A stretch of 64,000 nucleotides of DNA from Alphaproteobacteria bacterium (GCA_963667785.2 CAXXMU010000001.1:1-64000), one strand, 5' to 3'; numbered from the stretch's first letter, positions 9,011-17,777 are shown. Notes: generated from the sequence alone by a model not told the origin. Numbers and translations are program-made.

Positions 9011-9120
9011 GCCTGGTTTACCCGTCGTCGGTGGGCGCGTCGCGGGCCGAGAATAGTTGCTCCGCCTGCCCGGAGCGAGAGCCCGGCTCCTCAGGCAGGC
9101 GCCTGCCCGGTGCCGCCGGG

Positions 9121-10047
9121 TCAGGGCCGAAGGTCGGCCGCGAGGTCGTAGCCCTCCGCTTCGAGGCGGCGCCCGATCGCGGCGATGTGGGCGGGTTCGA
9201 TCTCGCAGCAGCCGCCGACGATGGTGGCGCCTGCCGCGATCCATTGCATGGCGTGGTCCGCGTAGCGCGCCGGGTCCAGATCGTCGCGCGCCTCCAGCAC
9301 GTCGACGGTCCTGCCCGGCTGCAGGGCTCCGATGGAGACGAAGCCGTTGGCGTAGGCGCCGAACGGCACCCCGAGCTCGGCCAGGATGGGCATGGCGGCG
9401 GTGACCGCCTCCGGGCTCGAGCAGTTGATCAGCACCGCCTCGGCGCCGGCGTCGATGGCCTCGCGCGCGCCGTCCGCCACCGGCTCGCCCGAGCGCAGCC
9501 GGGTGCCGTCCGCATCGTCGACCGAGAACGCCGTCCAGACGGCCCTGCCGCTCGCGCGCGCGGCGCGCGTCGCCGCGCACGCCTCCGCCGCCGACAGCAT
9601 GGTCTCGCACAGGAAGAGGTCCACGTGGTCGGCCTGGGCGGAGACGATCCTGCCGTAGTCCGCGCGGAGGACGTCCTCCGGCGGCGTCAGGTCGGGCCGG
9701 TAGCTCCCCACCAGCGGCGGCAGGCACCCGGCGATCCTGACTTTCCGCCCGCTGGCATCGCGCGCGGCTTTCGCTGCGGCGACGGCGGCGGCCTGCAGCA
9801 CATCGAACATGTCGCCCTTGCCGGCGCGCGCCAGCCGGTGCGGCGTCGCGGTGTAGGCGTTGACCGTGATGATGCGGGCGCCCGCCTCGATGAAGTCGCG
9901 ATGCACTGATTCGACGAGGTGCGGCTCGTCCATCATCACCTGCACGGACCAGAGAGGCGCAGCCGGCCCCGTGCCCCGCTTGTGCAGCTCCTGCCCTACG
10001 CCGCCGTCCAGGAGGACGACGCGCTTTCCCTGCGCTTCTGCCGACAT
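9121..10047 (-). CDS. Homocysteine S-methyltransferase family protein
   Basis: LLDGGVGQEL, HRDFIEAGA, LINCSSPE, IVGGCCEI Zn ligands. Confidence 0.9.
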   Translation of the reverse strand: MSAEAQGKRVVLLDGGVGQELHKRGTGPAAPLWSVQVMMDEPHLVESVHRDFIEAGARIITVNAYTATPHRLARAGKGDMFDVLQAAAVAAAKAARDASGRKVRIAGCLPPLVGSYRPDLTPPEDVLRADYGRIVSAQADHVDLFLCETMLSAAEACAATRAARASGRAVWTAFSVDDADGTRLRSGEPVADGAREAIDAGAEAVLINCSSPEAVTAAMPILAELGVPFGAYANGFVSIGALQPGRTVDVLEARDDLDPARYADHAMQWIAAGATIVGGCCEIEPAHIAAIGRRLEAEGYDLAADLRP

Positions 10048-10154
10048 GGCCGCATCTCCGTTCCGCCGAGAGGCCGGCCGGAGGCCGGAAGACTCCGGAC
10101 CATCTCATAGCCCGGCCCGCGTTCTGTCCAGAGTGGAGCGGCGCGTTAACACCC

Positions 10155-10208
10155 CGGACCATGGTGCGATGCACAAGCGTTGCGCGCCGGGGCATTGTCC
10201 GCGCCATG
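10155..10208 (+). promoter_or_regulatory. Putative late promoter 2 (activator box + -10)
   Basis: CGGACCATGGTGCG (reverse complement of the 6624 box), GGCA at identical spacing, then GCGCCATG. Confidence 0.6.
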
Positions 10209-10288
10209 AACGCACTCACCGCTTCGGCACCCGCCCACCGCCCCATCCGGGGCACGGCCCATCGCTTCTCGGCGCGCGGGGGCGCGAG

Positions 10289-11383
10289 ATGAGCGCCCTC
10301 GACGGCTGGATCGACATCTGCCGCGCCGGCACCTGGCAGGACCTGGCCGGCCGTGCCGTCCGCCTCGATGCCGACCGGCTCGACCGGATCGTCGCGGCCC
10401 ATGCCGCCGCCGACCCGGCGCCCGTCGTGGTCGGCCATCCCGCGACTGACGCGCCCGCCTACGCCTGGATCGAGGGCCTGCGCCGCGTCGGCGACCGGCT
10501 GCAGGCGACCTTGCGCGACATCGCGCCGGCCTTCCGCGAGGCGGTGGAGGCCGGGCTCTACAGCGGCCGCTCGATCGCGCTGCAGGGCGACACGCTGCGC
10601 CATGTCGGCTTTCTCGGCGGGCGTGCGCCGGCGATGCCGGGGCTCGCGCCGACGCGCTTCGCCGCCGAGCCGGAGGCGGTGCTTGCCTTCGAGGACGGCG
10701 CTTCCTGCGCCACGGACGACGGCGGGGCGGAGTCGACCGGCGACCCGCGCCCGCCACACCCGGACCCTCTCCGCACCGGCGGGGCGACAGGGGACGAAGA
10801 CGGCGACAGCCTCGTTCCCCTCTCGGCGCCCGCGGGGCGGGGAGGGGATGATGGTGACGACATCGCGCTGGCCGAGAGAGCAACCGCTCTCGACGAGCGC
10901 GAGGCGCAGCTTGCCATGCGCGAGGCGGCGCTCGCCGCGGACGAGAGGCGACGCCAGGCGGAGGCCGCGCTCGCCCGCTATGTCGAGGCCGGGCGGGTCC
11001 TTCCGGCCGAGCGCGCCGGTCTCGCGGCGCTGCTCGCGGCCCTCGTGGGTCACGAGGATGCGGAAGGCGAGGAGGCCGCCATCGTCTTTGCCTCCGCTGA
11101 CGGCAGCGAGGAGCGGGCGCAGCCCGCCACCCTACTGGAACGACTTCTCGAGGGCCTGCCCCGGCGCGTGGACTACCGCACGCTCGCAGGCGGCCCGCTG
11201 CCGGGCGATTCGGGCCCGGCGGGCGCCCGCGAGGCTGCCCAAGAGGACAGCGGCCGAATCGCCGCCGAAGCCCGCGCCCTGATGGCGGCGGAGGCGGAGA
11301 GGGGCGCCACTCTCACACCAGCAGATGCAGTGGATCGGGCGCGCGCGAGGCGCGGGCTCGGCACCGGAGGAGGAGCTCAATGA
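10289..11383 (+). CDS. Mu I-like prohead protease/scaffold
   Basis: WIDICRAGTW, APVVVGHP..DAPAYAWI, LRHVGFLGGRAPAMPGL; coiled-coil scaffold C-terminus. Confidence 0.85.
   Translation: MSALDGWIDICRAGTWQDLAGRAVRLDADRLDRIVAAHAAADPAPVVVGHPATDAPAYAWIEGLRRVGDRLQATLRDIAPAFREAVEAGLYSGRSIALQGDTLRHVGFLGGRAPAMPGLAPTRFAAEPEAVLAFEDGASCATDDGGAESTGDPRPPHPDPLRTGGATGDEDGDSLVPLSAPAGRGGDDGDDIALAERATALDEREAQLAMREAALAADERRRQAEAALARYVEAGRVLPAERAGLAALLAALVGHEDAEGEEAAIVFASADGSEERAQPATLLERLLEGLPRRVDYRTLAGGPLPGDSGPAGAREAAQEDSGRIAAEARALMAAEAERGATLTPADAVDRARARRGLGTGGGAQ
10750..10850. repeat. Degenerate REP-like element (family A) in frame within the protease gene
   Basis: CACACCCGGACCCTCTCCGC...GACGGCG...CGTTCCCCTCT resembles the reverse complement of 2130-2245. 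Confidence 0.65.
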
Positions 11384-11736
11384 GTCATGTACTGATGTGG
11401 CGGGCGGCGGACGCCGGCGGCGCCGTCGCCCCGCGCCGGATCGTCAAGTACGACGATGCCGACGGCAAGGTGGTGCAATCGTCCGCCGCGGCGGATGCCC
11501 ATGTCGGGGTTTCCGGTCGGGCGGCGACGGCCTCGGGCGGTCGCGTCGAGATCGCCCGCGTCGGCATCGCGGACATCGAATATGGCGGCACGATCGCGCG
11601 GGGAGCGCTGCTCACCGCCGACGGCGACGGCAAGGCCGTCACCGCCGCCGGCGGCAATCGCGTCATCGGCATCGCCGAGGTCTCCGGCGTCGCCGGCGAT
11701 ATCGGCCAGGTGCTGCTCGCACCCAGCCTCCACTAG
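11380..11736 (+). CDS. Capsid cement/decoration protein (DUF2190-like)
   Basis: GIADIEYGGTIARGALLTADGDGKAV...VIGIA...GDI; lies between protease and capsid genes. Confidence 0.8.
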   Translation: MSHVLMWRAADAGGAVAPRRIVKYDDADGKVVQSSAAADAHVGVSGRAATASGGRVEIARVGIADIEYGGTIARGALLTADGDGKAVTAAGGNRVIGIAEVSGVAGDIGQVLLAPSLH

Positions 11737-11746
11737 GGGAAACACC

Positions 11747-12721
11747 ATGGAACACGACACCGCCCAACTCGCTTCCGGCCCCTACGAGGTCCAGACCCGC
11801 CTGACGCAGATCGCGCAGGCGGCGATGCCCTCGGGCCTGATCGCCGACGAGGTCTGCCCGCGCGTCCGCACCGGCTTCAAGTTCACCTACACCACGCTCA
11901 GCGAGGAGGACCTGCTGACCATTCCGGACGTGCGCGCGAGCCGGGCCGGGCACCTCAACCAGGTGGAGTTCGGCGCGACCGACACCACCGAGAGCGTCGT
12001 CGATTACGGTCTCGAGGACCCGGTCCCCTCCCGCGACATCGAGGAGGCGCAGGCGCAGGAGGTCGCCTACGACCCGCTGGAGCAGGCCGCGATCTCCACC
12101 GCCGAGCTGGTGAGGCTCGCCCGCGAGCGGCGCGTCGCCGACCTGGTGACGACCGCGGACAACTACGCGGACGGTCACTCCGCCACGCTCAACGGCAACG
12201 CGCAGTGGAGCCACGCCAACGCCAATCCGCGCAAGGCGATCCTGGAAGCCCTCGACGTGCCGCTGGTGCGCCCCAACACGCTGGTCTTCGGCCAGAAGGT
12301 GTGGACCGCGCTGCGCCAGCACCCGAAGATCGTCGAGGCGGTGTCCGCCACCGGCGCGGGCGACCAGGCCTCCGGCATCGTGATGAAGGAGGCGGTCGCC
12401 GAGCTCTTCGAGGTCGACCGCGTGCTCGTCGGCATGGCCTGGTACCAGAGCGCGAGGCGCGGCCAGGAGGACGCGTTCGCCCGTCTCTGGGGGCGCCATG
12501 CCTGCGCCATCCACGTCCGGCCCGACATGGCGTCCGCCCGCGACCGGATGCCCAAGTTCTGCTGGACCGCCGACGCCCTCGGCGGGCTCCAGGTCGGCAC
12601 CTACGAGGCGCCGGCGCGCGGCGTGAACCGGGGCTCGACCGTCGTCAAGGTCAGCGAATGCGTCAGGGAGCTGGTGGCCTACGGCCGCGCCGGCTACCTC
12701 TGGCGCAACGCCGTGGCGTAG
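11747..12721 (+). CDS. Major capsid protein (HK97 fold, 324 aa)
   Basis: LIADEVCPRV, LARERRVADL, RPNTLVFGQKVWTALRQHPKIV, GYLWRNAV; GGGGA RBS. Confidence 0.88.
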   Translation: MEHDTAQLASGPYEVQTRLTQIAQAAMPSGLIADEVCPRVRTGFKFTYTTLSEEDLLTIPDVRASRAGHLNQVEFGATDTTESVVDYGLEDPVPSRDIEEAQAQEVAYDPLEQAAISTAELVRLARERRVADLVTTADNYADGHSATLNGNAQWSHANANPRKAILEALDVPLVRPNTLVFGQKVWTALRQHPKIVEAVSATGAGDQASGIVMKEAVAELFEVDRVLVGMAWYQSARRGQEDAFARLWGRHACAIHVRPDMASARDRMPKFCWTADALGGLQVGTYEAPARGVNRGSTVVKVSECVRELVAYGRAGYLWRNAVA

Positions 12722-12724
12722 CCC

Positions 12725-13690
12725 ATGGCAGCCTCACGCGCTTCGTCCGCGCGCCTTCCGGCGCGACCTCCCGACCACCTCTGCGGCCTCGGCTATTCGC
12801 CGGGCGACGCGCGCCAGAGCGCGGCTGAGAACGAGGTCTGCCGGCATGCCGAGTGCATGCTGAACATGGTCCACGCCTACTGCGAGATCAGGGATTCGTG
12901 GACCGGCTGGCTGCGCGGCCGCGCCATGAGCCGCACGCTGCACGAGCGGCTCGTGCCCGAGATGCGCGACCTCCAGCGCGCCGAGCGGCGCGTCGTGGAC
13001 GAGCCGTCGGTCACGCTGCTCGCGGTGCTCGACTACGCCGAGCGCGCGCGCAAGGCGGTACCGCAGTACACGCCGCTCGGCGTCGACCATCCGCAGCCGC
13101 CGCTGCCGGACGAAGTGCGCGAGGCGTGCGCGCGGCTGGAGGCCGATGCCGATGCCGCCGCGCTCGCCGCCCGCCGGGCCGGCGCCCGCGCGTACGCCGC
13201 CCGCATGGCGGATGCCATCGAGCGCGAGCGTGGGGAGGAGGCCCGGCGCCGACGCGCCATGGCCGAGCACGGCGTGACCGAGGCGCCCGAGGAGGCCGCC
13301 GCTGCCACCGCCCGCGTCGAAGCGCGCATCGCCCTCTATGCGCGCGAGCGGGAGAGGGTGCTGACCGAGGCTGGGCTCGACCCGGACGGCAGTCCGCTGG
13401 AGGAGCCGGCCGCAACCCGCACCGCGCCGGTACCGGACGCGGCGGCGCGGGAGGGCGCGCGCACGCAGGCCATCCTCGCCGCCACGCGCGCCTGGATGGG
13501 CCCGCGCCTGAAACACGGGCGCCACCGCGGCGCGCCCTACCTGCGCGCGCTGCGCCGTGCGACGGGCCTCGGCGACATCGTGCGGGCCGAGCGCAACCGG
13601 CTCTGGCGCCTCGTCGCGCCGGAAGGTGCGCGGAGACAAGGGGCGCCGGAAGGCGCGCCGGGGAATGTCTCGTCGGAGCGCGGCGCATGA
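12725..13690 (+). CDS. Hypothetical protein with a C-terminal Mu gp35-like domain
   Basis: C-terminal AILAATRAW...GAPYLRALRRATGLGDIVRAERNRLW; position between capsid and gp36. Start uncertain (12725 or 12926). Confidence 0.55.
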   Translation: MAASRASSARLPARPPDHLCGLGYSPGDARQSAAENEVCRHAECMLNMVHAYCEIRDSWTGWLRGRAMSRTLHERLVPEMRDLQRAERRVVDEPSVTLLAVLDYAERARKAVPQYTPLGVDHPQPPLPDEVREACARLEADADAAALAARRAGARAYAARMADAIERERGEEARRRRAMAEHGVTEAPEEAAAATARVEARIALYARERERVLTEAGLDPDGSPLEEPAATRTAPVPDAAAREGARTQAILAATRAWMGPRLKHGRHRGAPYLRALRRATGLGDIVRAERNRLWRLVAPEGARRQGAPEGAPGNVSSERGA

Positions 13691-14088
13691 GCTACGCCAC
13701 GCGCGCGGACCTGGAAACCCGCTTCGGCACCGACGAGGCGCTGGATCTCGCCGGGCTGCAGGCGGGCCGGATCGACGTCGCGCTGGCGGACGCCGGGGCG
13801 GAGGTCGATGCGGCGCTCGCCGCCGCCTATCGCCTGCCGCTGCAAGGCGGCCCCTGGCCGCGTCTCGTGGGTATCGCCTGCGATCTGGCGCGGCGGGCGC
13901 TCTACGATGATGCGGCCTCGGCCGAAGTGAGCGCGCGCGCCGACGAGGCGCGGGCGGCGCTCGCACGGCTTGCCGCCGGCGGCGATGCCCTGCTCGATGC
14001 CGCCGGCCGCCCTGCGCCCCGCCTGCAGCGCGCGGCGCACGCCGGCCCCGCCCCCGCCATGACCCCCGACAACCTGGCGGGGTTGTAA
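13687..14088 (+). CDS. Mu gp36-like head-tail adaptor (DUF1320)
   Basis: MSYATRADLETRFG...ALADAGAEVDAALAAAYRLPL...IACDLARRALY. Confidence 0.88.
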   Translation: MSYATRADLETRFGTDEALDLAGLQAGRIDVALADAGAEVDAALAAAYRLPLQGGPWPRLVGIACDLARRALYDDAASAEVSARADEARAALARLAAGGDALLDAAGRPAPRLQRAAHAGPAPAMTPDNLAGL

Positions 14089-14210
14089 TGAACGCCCTCA
14101 AGCAGCGTCGCGCCAAAGGCGCGCGGATCGATAGGGCGCTAAAGATCGCCGCCCTCAAGCGTCGCGCCTGCAGGCGCGCGGCAGAAGACCGTAGCGGTAG
14201 GGCGTCATAG
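14088..14210 (+). repeat. Two family C hairpin units forming a 40-aa bridging mini-ORF
   Basis: CGCCCTCAAGC...TAGGGCG twice; ATG overlaps the gp36 TAA and its TAG abuts the next ATG. Confidence 0.75.
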
Positions 14211-14660
14211 ATGCCGGGGCAGGCAACAGGTATCGAGATCGGCACCGAGGCGGCCGCAGCGCAGCTTGCGCGCATCGCCGGACCGCTGGCCCGACCCCGC
14301 CCCGTCATGGACGAGATCGGCCGCCATCTGGTCGCCTCGACGCTGCGGCGCTTCGTGCAGCAGCGCGGGCCCGACGGCTCACCCTGGCTGAAGAGTGCCC
14401 GGGCGCTGGCCGACGGCGGGCGGACGCTCGTCGCGAGCGGGCGGCTGCGCGCTTCGATCTCTCACACGGTCGCGGCCGACGGTAGCAGCGTCGAGGTGGG
14501 ATCGAGCGTCTCCCATGCCGCCGTTCACCAGTTCGGCGGCCGGGTCGGCAAGGGGCGTAGCGCGACGCTCCCGGCCCGGCCCTTCCTCGGCATCGACGAC
14601 CGCGACCGGAGCCACATCGTCCGCATCCTCTCACGCGCGCTCGAAGGGGCGGCGGGTTGA
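14211..14660 (+). CDS. Phage virion morphogenesis protein (Mu gpG / P2 gpS-like)
   Basis: RFVQQRGPDGSPW, TLVASGRLRASI, AAVHQFGG, LPARPFLGID. Confidence 0.9.
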   Translation: MPGQATGIEIGTEAAAAQLARIAGPLARPRPVMDEIGRHLVASTLRRFVQQRGPDGSPWLKSARALADGGRTLVASGRLRASISHTVAADGSSVEVGSSVSHAAVHQFGGRVGKGRSATLPARPFLGIDDRDRSHIVRILSRALEGAAG

Positions 14661-15160
14661 TGCTCGCGGCTCTCGAAATCCACGTCGCCGACGCCATGGC
14701 CGCGCGCCTGGCGGGGCTCGAGGGCGAGGGTGGCGCGCCGCTCTTCGCCGCCGTGCTGAGCGCTCTCGATGCCGCGGCGCTCACCGCCTGGCCGAAGACG
14801 CCGGCAGCGCTGGTGCTGCCGGTCTCGGACGAGGCCGAGGAGAGCACGACGCGGCGCGTGGAGAACGCGCCGGTGCAGCACGTGGTGCGCATCGGCGTCT
14901 CGCTGATGCTGGCGGCGCCCAACGACCGCACCGGCGCGCGCGGGCGGGAACGGCTTTCCCCGCTGCTGGCCCTTGCCCGTCGGGGGCTCGCCGGCTGGAC
15001 GCCGCCGGGCCAGCGCGAGGTGCTGTCCTTCCGGCGCGGGCGTCTGGTCTCCCTCGAGGACGCCCGCCTGCAGTGGCTCGACGAATACGAGATACGCCGC
15101 GTCGCCCGCGCCGGCGTGGTGGAGGTGGGTGACGCAACGAACAAGGAGGCTGCCCCATGA
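14657..15160 (+). CDS. Tail terminator-like protein (Mu gp37-like)
   Basis: TPAALVLP, LAGWTPPG, GRLVSLEDARLQWLDEY; position before the tail tube. Confidence 0.7.
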   Translation: MMLAALEIHVADAMAARLAGLEGEGGAPLFAAVLSALDAAALTAWPKTPAALVLPVSDEAEESTTRRVENAPVQHVVRIGVSLMLAAPNDRTGARGRERLSPLLALARRGLAGWTPPGQREVLSFRRGRLVSLEDARLQWLDEYEIRRVARAGVVEVGDATNKEAAP

Positions 15161-16047
15161 CGGCGCGAAGCATCGACAGGCGCACGGACAACATCGTGAT
15201 CGGCGCCGGCGAGGTCTATCTCGATCTCCACGAGGGGGGTGCGTCCACGGGCGAGCGCTATCTGGGCGATGCGGTCGGCGCCGCGCTGGAGATCTCGACG
15301 GAGGAGACGACGGTCTTCTCGGGCTCCGGCCCCGTGGCGACGGAACTCGCGCGCATCGCCCGCAGCGTCGCTCGCACGGTCACGCTCACGTTGCACGACA
15401 TCAGCCTGGAGAACCTGGCGCTGTTCTCCGTGGGCGCGGTGAAGCGGCTCGATTCCGCCGGCGCGGCGCAGGGAGAGCCCGCCGTCTTCCGTCCCGGCCG
15501 CTGGCATCAGCTTGGCGGCGCGGCACGCCCCGCCGGTGTGCTCGGGCTGGCCCGGCCGGCGGACCAGGCGGCGGCGATCGCGGCCGTCACCGTCGCGTCC
15601 ACGGCGCCGCAGCCGGTGGCGGCGGTGCAGGCCATCGAGGCCGGCCGCTTCGCCCAAGGCGCGACCGAGAACGGCCAGACGGGCCAGTTCATCGTCGACT
15701 ACGAGCGTGCCCGCCTCTACTGGCTGCCGGCGGACCACCCGCTCCACGCGGCCAGGGCCGGCATCGAGGCGGGCACGGCGCTCACCGTCGACTACACGCC
15801 CGCCGACGAGGCCCGCCCCCAGGTGCAGGGCGCACTCACGCAGGTCGTCGGCGCCTTCCGCTACATCGAGGACGCGGCCGAGGGCCGGGGGCGCAACATC
15901 TACGCGCCGCGCTGCTCGATCCAGCCCGCCGGCCCACTGACCCTGCTCGACGGACGCTCCTCGGAGCAGCAGATCCGGCTCGCCGTCTCGCTGCTGGAGC
16001 CCGGCAGCGGCAGGCCCGCGCTCTACATCGACGGGCGGGCCGTGTGA
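15157..16047 (+). CDS. Major tail tube protein (siphovirus type)
   Basis: NIVIGAGEVYL..GERYLGD, LHDISLENLALF, GAFRYIEDAAEG, ALYIDGRA; no sheath gene nearby. Confidence 0.82.
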   Translation: MTARSIDRRTDNIVIGAGEVYLDLHEGGASTGERYLGDAVGAALEISTEETTVFSGSGPVATELARIARSVARTVTLTLHDISLENLALFSVGAVKRLDSAGAAQGEPAVFRPGRWHQLGGAARPAGVLGLARPADQAAAIAAVTVASTAPQPVAAVQAIEAGRFAQGATENGQTGQFIVDYERARLYWLPADHPLHAARAGIEAGTALTVDYTPADEARPQVQGALTQVVGAFRYIEDAAEGRGRNIYAPRCSIQPAGPLTLLDGRSSEQQIRLAVSLLEPGSGRPALYIDGRAV

Positions 16048-16605
16048 TGGACGAGGTGCGCGAGCTCGAGGTGCTGTTCCCCGACCGCGCGGTGTCGGTG
16101 CGGGATCCGGAGACGGGCGCGCCGCTGACGCTCACCGTGAGGGAGTTCCGCTTCCGCGAGGGGCTGGAGGCGACGGCGCTGGCGCGCCCGCTGATCGCCG
16201 CGCTCGCGGCGCTGGTGCCGAGCCGTGACGGGGACGCCGACGCCGATGCGGAGGGCGGGCCGGATGCGCTCGCGGTCGAGGCGGCGCTCGCTGCCCACGC
16301 GGCGCTCTGGCTGGAGCTGGTCGCCCGTGCCTGCGACCGCGAGGCCGCCTGGCTCGCGCGCCTGGACGACGCCGACGGCCGTGCGCTGTCGGAGGCGATG
16401 TGGGCGGCGAACGGCGGATTTTTTTGCGTCGCGTCGTGGCACAGATGGCGACGCGGGAGAAGAACCCGTGGCGCTCGCCCGGGTGCTCGACACCCTCGTC
16501 CGCGCCGGCCACGGGCGCGGCCACCGCGACCTCGGCGAGCGCCTGACATGGCGCCAGATCGTCCTCTTCTACCGCGCCGCCGAGGCCCGGGGCGCTGCGC
16601 CGTGA
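16047..16605 (+). CDS. Tail assembly chaperone G/GT pair with a slippery T tract at 16419-16425
   Basis: ELEVLFPDR..LTVREFRFREGL..WAANGGFF, then GGATTTTTTTG; second-frame segment LVRAGHG..LTWRQIVLFY; lies between tube and tape measure. Confidence 0.75.
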
Positions 16606-16617
16606 GGAACACGACCC

Positions 16618-17388
16618 GTGCCCGGTGATCTCGAGCTCGCGCTCCGCGTTCGTGCCGACATGCGCGAGGCGCTGAGCGGGATGGGTGAACTCAACCGCTC
16701 CCTCGGCGATACGACACGCCGGGGCGGCGAGGCGGGCAGGGCGCTGGAGGGCGCGGTCGGGGCGGCGCAGACGCTGGGCGCCCTCGGCCAGCAGACCGAA
16801 GCCGCCCTGGGCCGGGCGCAGGCAGCGGCCGAGAGCGTGTTTCACGGTATCGAGGGCGCGCTTCTCCAGTTCGTGAACACCGGCAAGTTCTCCTTCTCCG
16901 GCTTCGTCGATTCGGTGATCGCCGATCTCGCCCGCCTCGCCGTGCAGCGCGCGATCACGGAGCCGCTGGCGGGGGTGTTCTTCGGCGCGCTCGGCGGCGG
17001 CGGCGTGCCGTCGTCCGCCCACGCCAACGCACCGCTGCTCCTGCACGCCGGCGGTACGGTCGACGCACCCGGCGGCGTGCGCCGCCACGGCGTGCCGCCT
17101 GCCGTCTTCGCCGGCGCGGCGCGCTACCACGGCGGCGGCATCGCCGGGCTCAGGCCGGACGAGGTGCCGATCATCGCCCAGGCCGGCGAGACCGTGCTGC
17201 CGCGCGGGGCGCAGATCGCGCCGCCGCAGGTCGATATCCGCTTCGTCAATCGGGGCACGCCGCAGCGCGAGGTGAGCCGCCGCGTCGAGCTCGACCCGCG
17301 CGGCCTCGTCGTCTCGATCGTGACCGACGATCTCGACCGGGGCGGGCCGATCGCCCAGACGCTCCGGCGCAGCGGGGCGCCGACATGA
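16618..17388 (+). CDS. Tape measure protein, unusually short (256 aa)
   Basis: N-terminal DLELALRVRAD plus lambda-H-like C-terminal FVNTGKFSFSGFVDSVIADLARL and RYHGGGIAGLRPDEVPII. Confidence 0.85.
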   Translation: MPGDLELALRVRADMREALSGMGELNRSLGDTTRRGGEAGRALEGAVGAAQTLGALGQQTEAALGRAQAAAESVFHGIEGALLQFVNTGKFSFSGFVDSVIADLARLAVQRAITEPLAGVFFGALGGGGVPSSAHANAPLLLHAGGTVDAPGGVRRHGVPPAVFAGAARYHGGGIAGLRPDEVPIIAQAGETVLPRGAQIAPPQVDIRFVNRGTPQREVSRRVELDPRGLVVSIVTDDLDRGGPIAQTLRRSGAPT

Positions 17389-17759
17389 GCGCGGGCGGCC
17401 TGGTCTGGCCCGCCTATGTGGCGATCGAGGCGGACGGCTACGCCGTCGCCGACGATGCGCATGTCGAGCGCTCGCCCTTCGACGACGGGCTGGTGCGCCA
17501 GGAGCGGCGTTACGCAAGCGCGCTGACGGCGCTCTCGATCACCGCACTCATCGTGGACGACGACGACTATGCCCGCTTCCGCGCCTGGGCGCGCGATTGC
17601 GCCCACCGCTGGTTCGCCTGGACGGCGCCGGAGACGGGCGCACAGCACCGGGTCCGCGTGCGCGGCGGCGCCGGCGGGATCGCGTACACCGCGCGCATCG
17701 GCGGCGACGGCCGGCGCGCCTGGGAGGCAACGCTCACGCTCGAAGGCGTGGGGCTCTAG
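17385..17759 (+). CDS. Distal tail (Dit)-like protein
   Basis: WP..DGY..ERSPFDDGLVRQERRY..FRAW..WFAW; follows the tape measure. Confidence 0.7.
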   Translation: MSAGGLVWPAYVAIEADGYAVADDAHVERSPFDDGLVRQERRYASALTALSITALIVDDDDYARFRAWARDCAHRWFAWTAPETGAQHRVRVRGGAGGIAYTARIGGDGRRAWEATLTLEGVGL

Positions 17760-17777
17760 CAACGGAAAGGACAGACC

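Noticed and set aside
8123-11053. 976-aa minus-strand ORF
   Set aside because: Only the last 295 aa (8123-9010) are a recognisable hydrolase; the rest is GC-rich read-through overlapping real genes.
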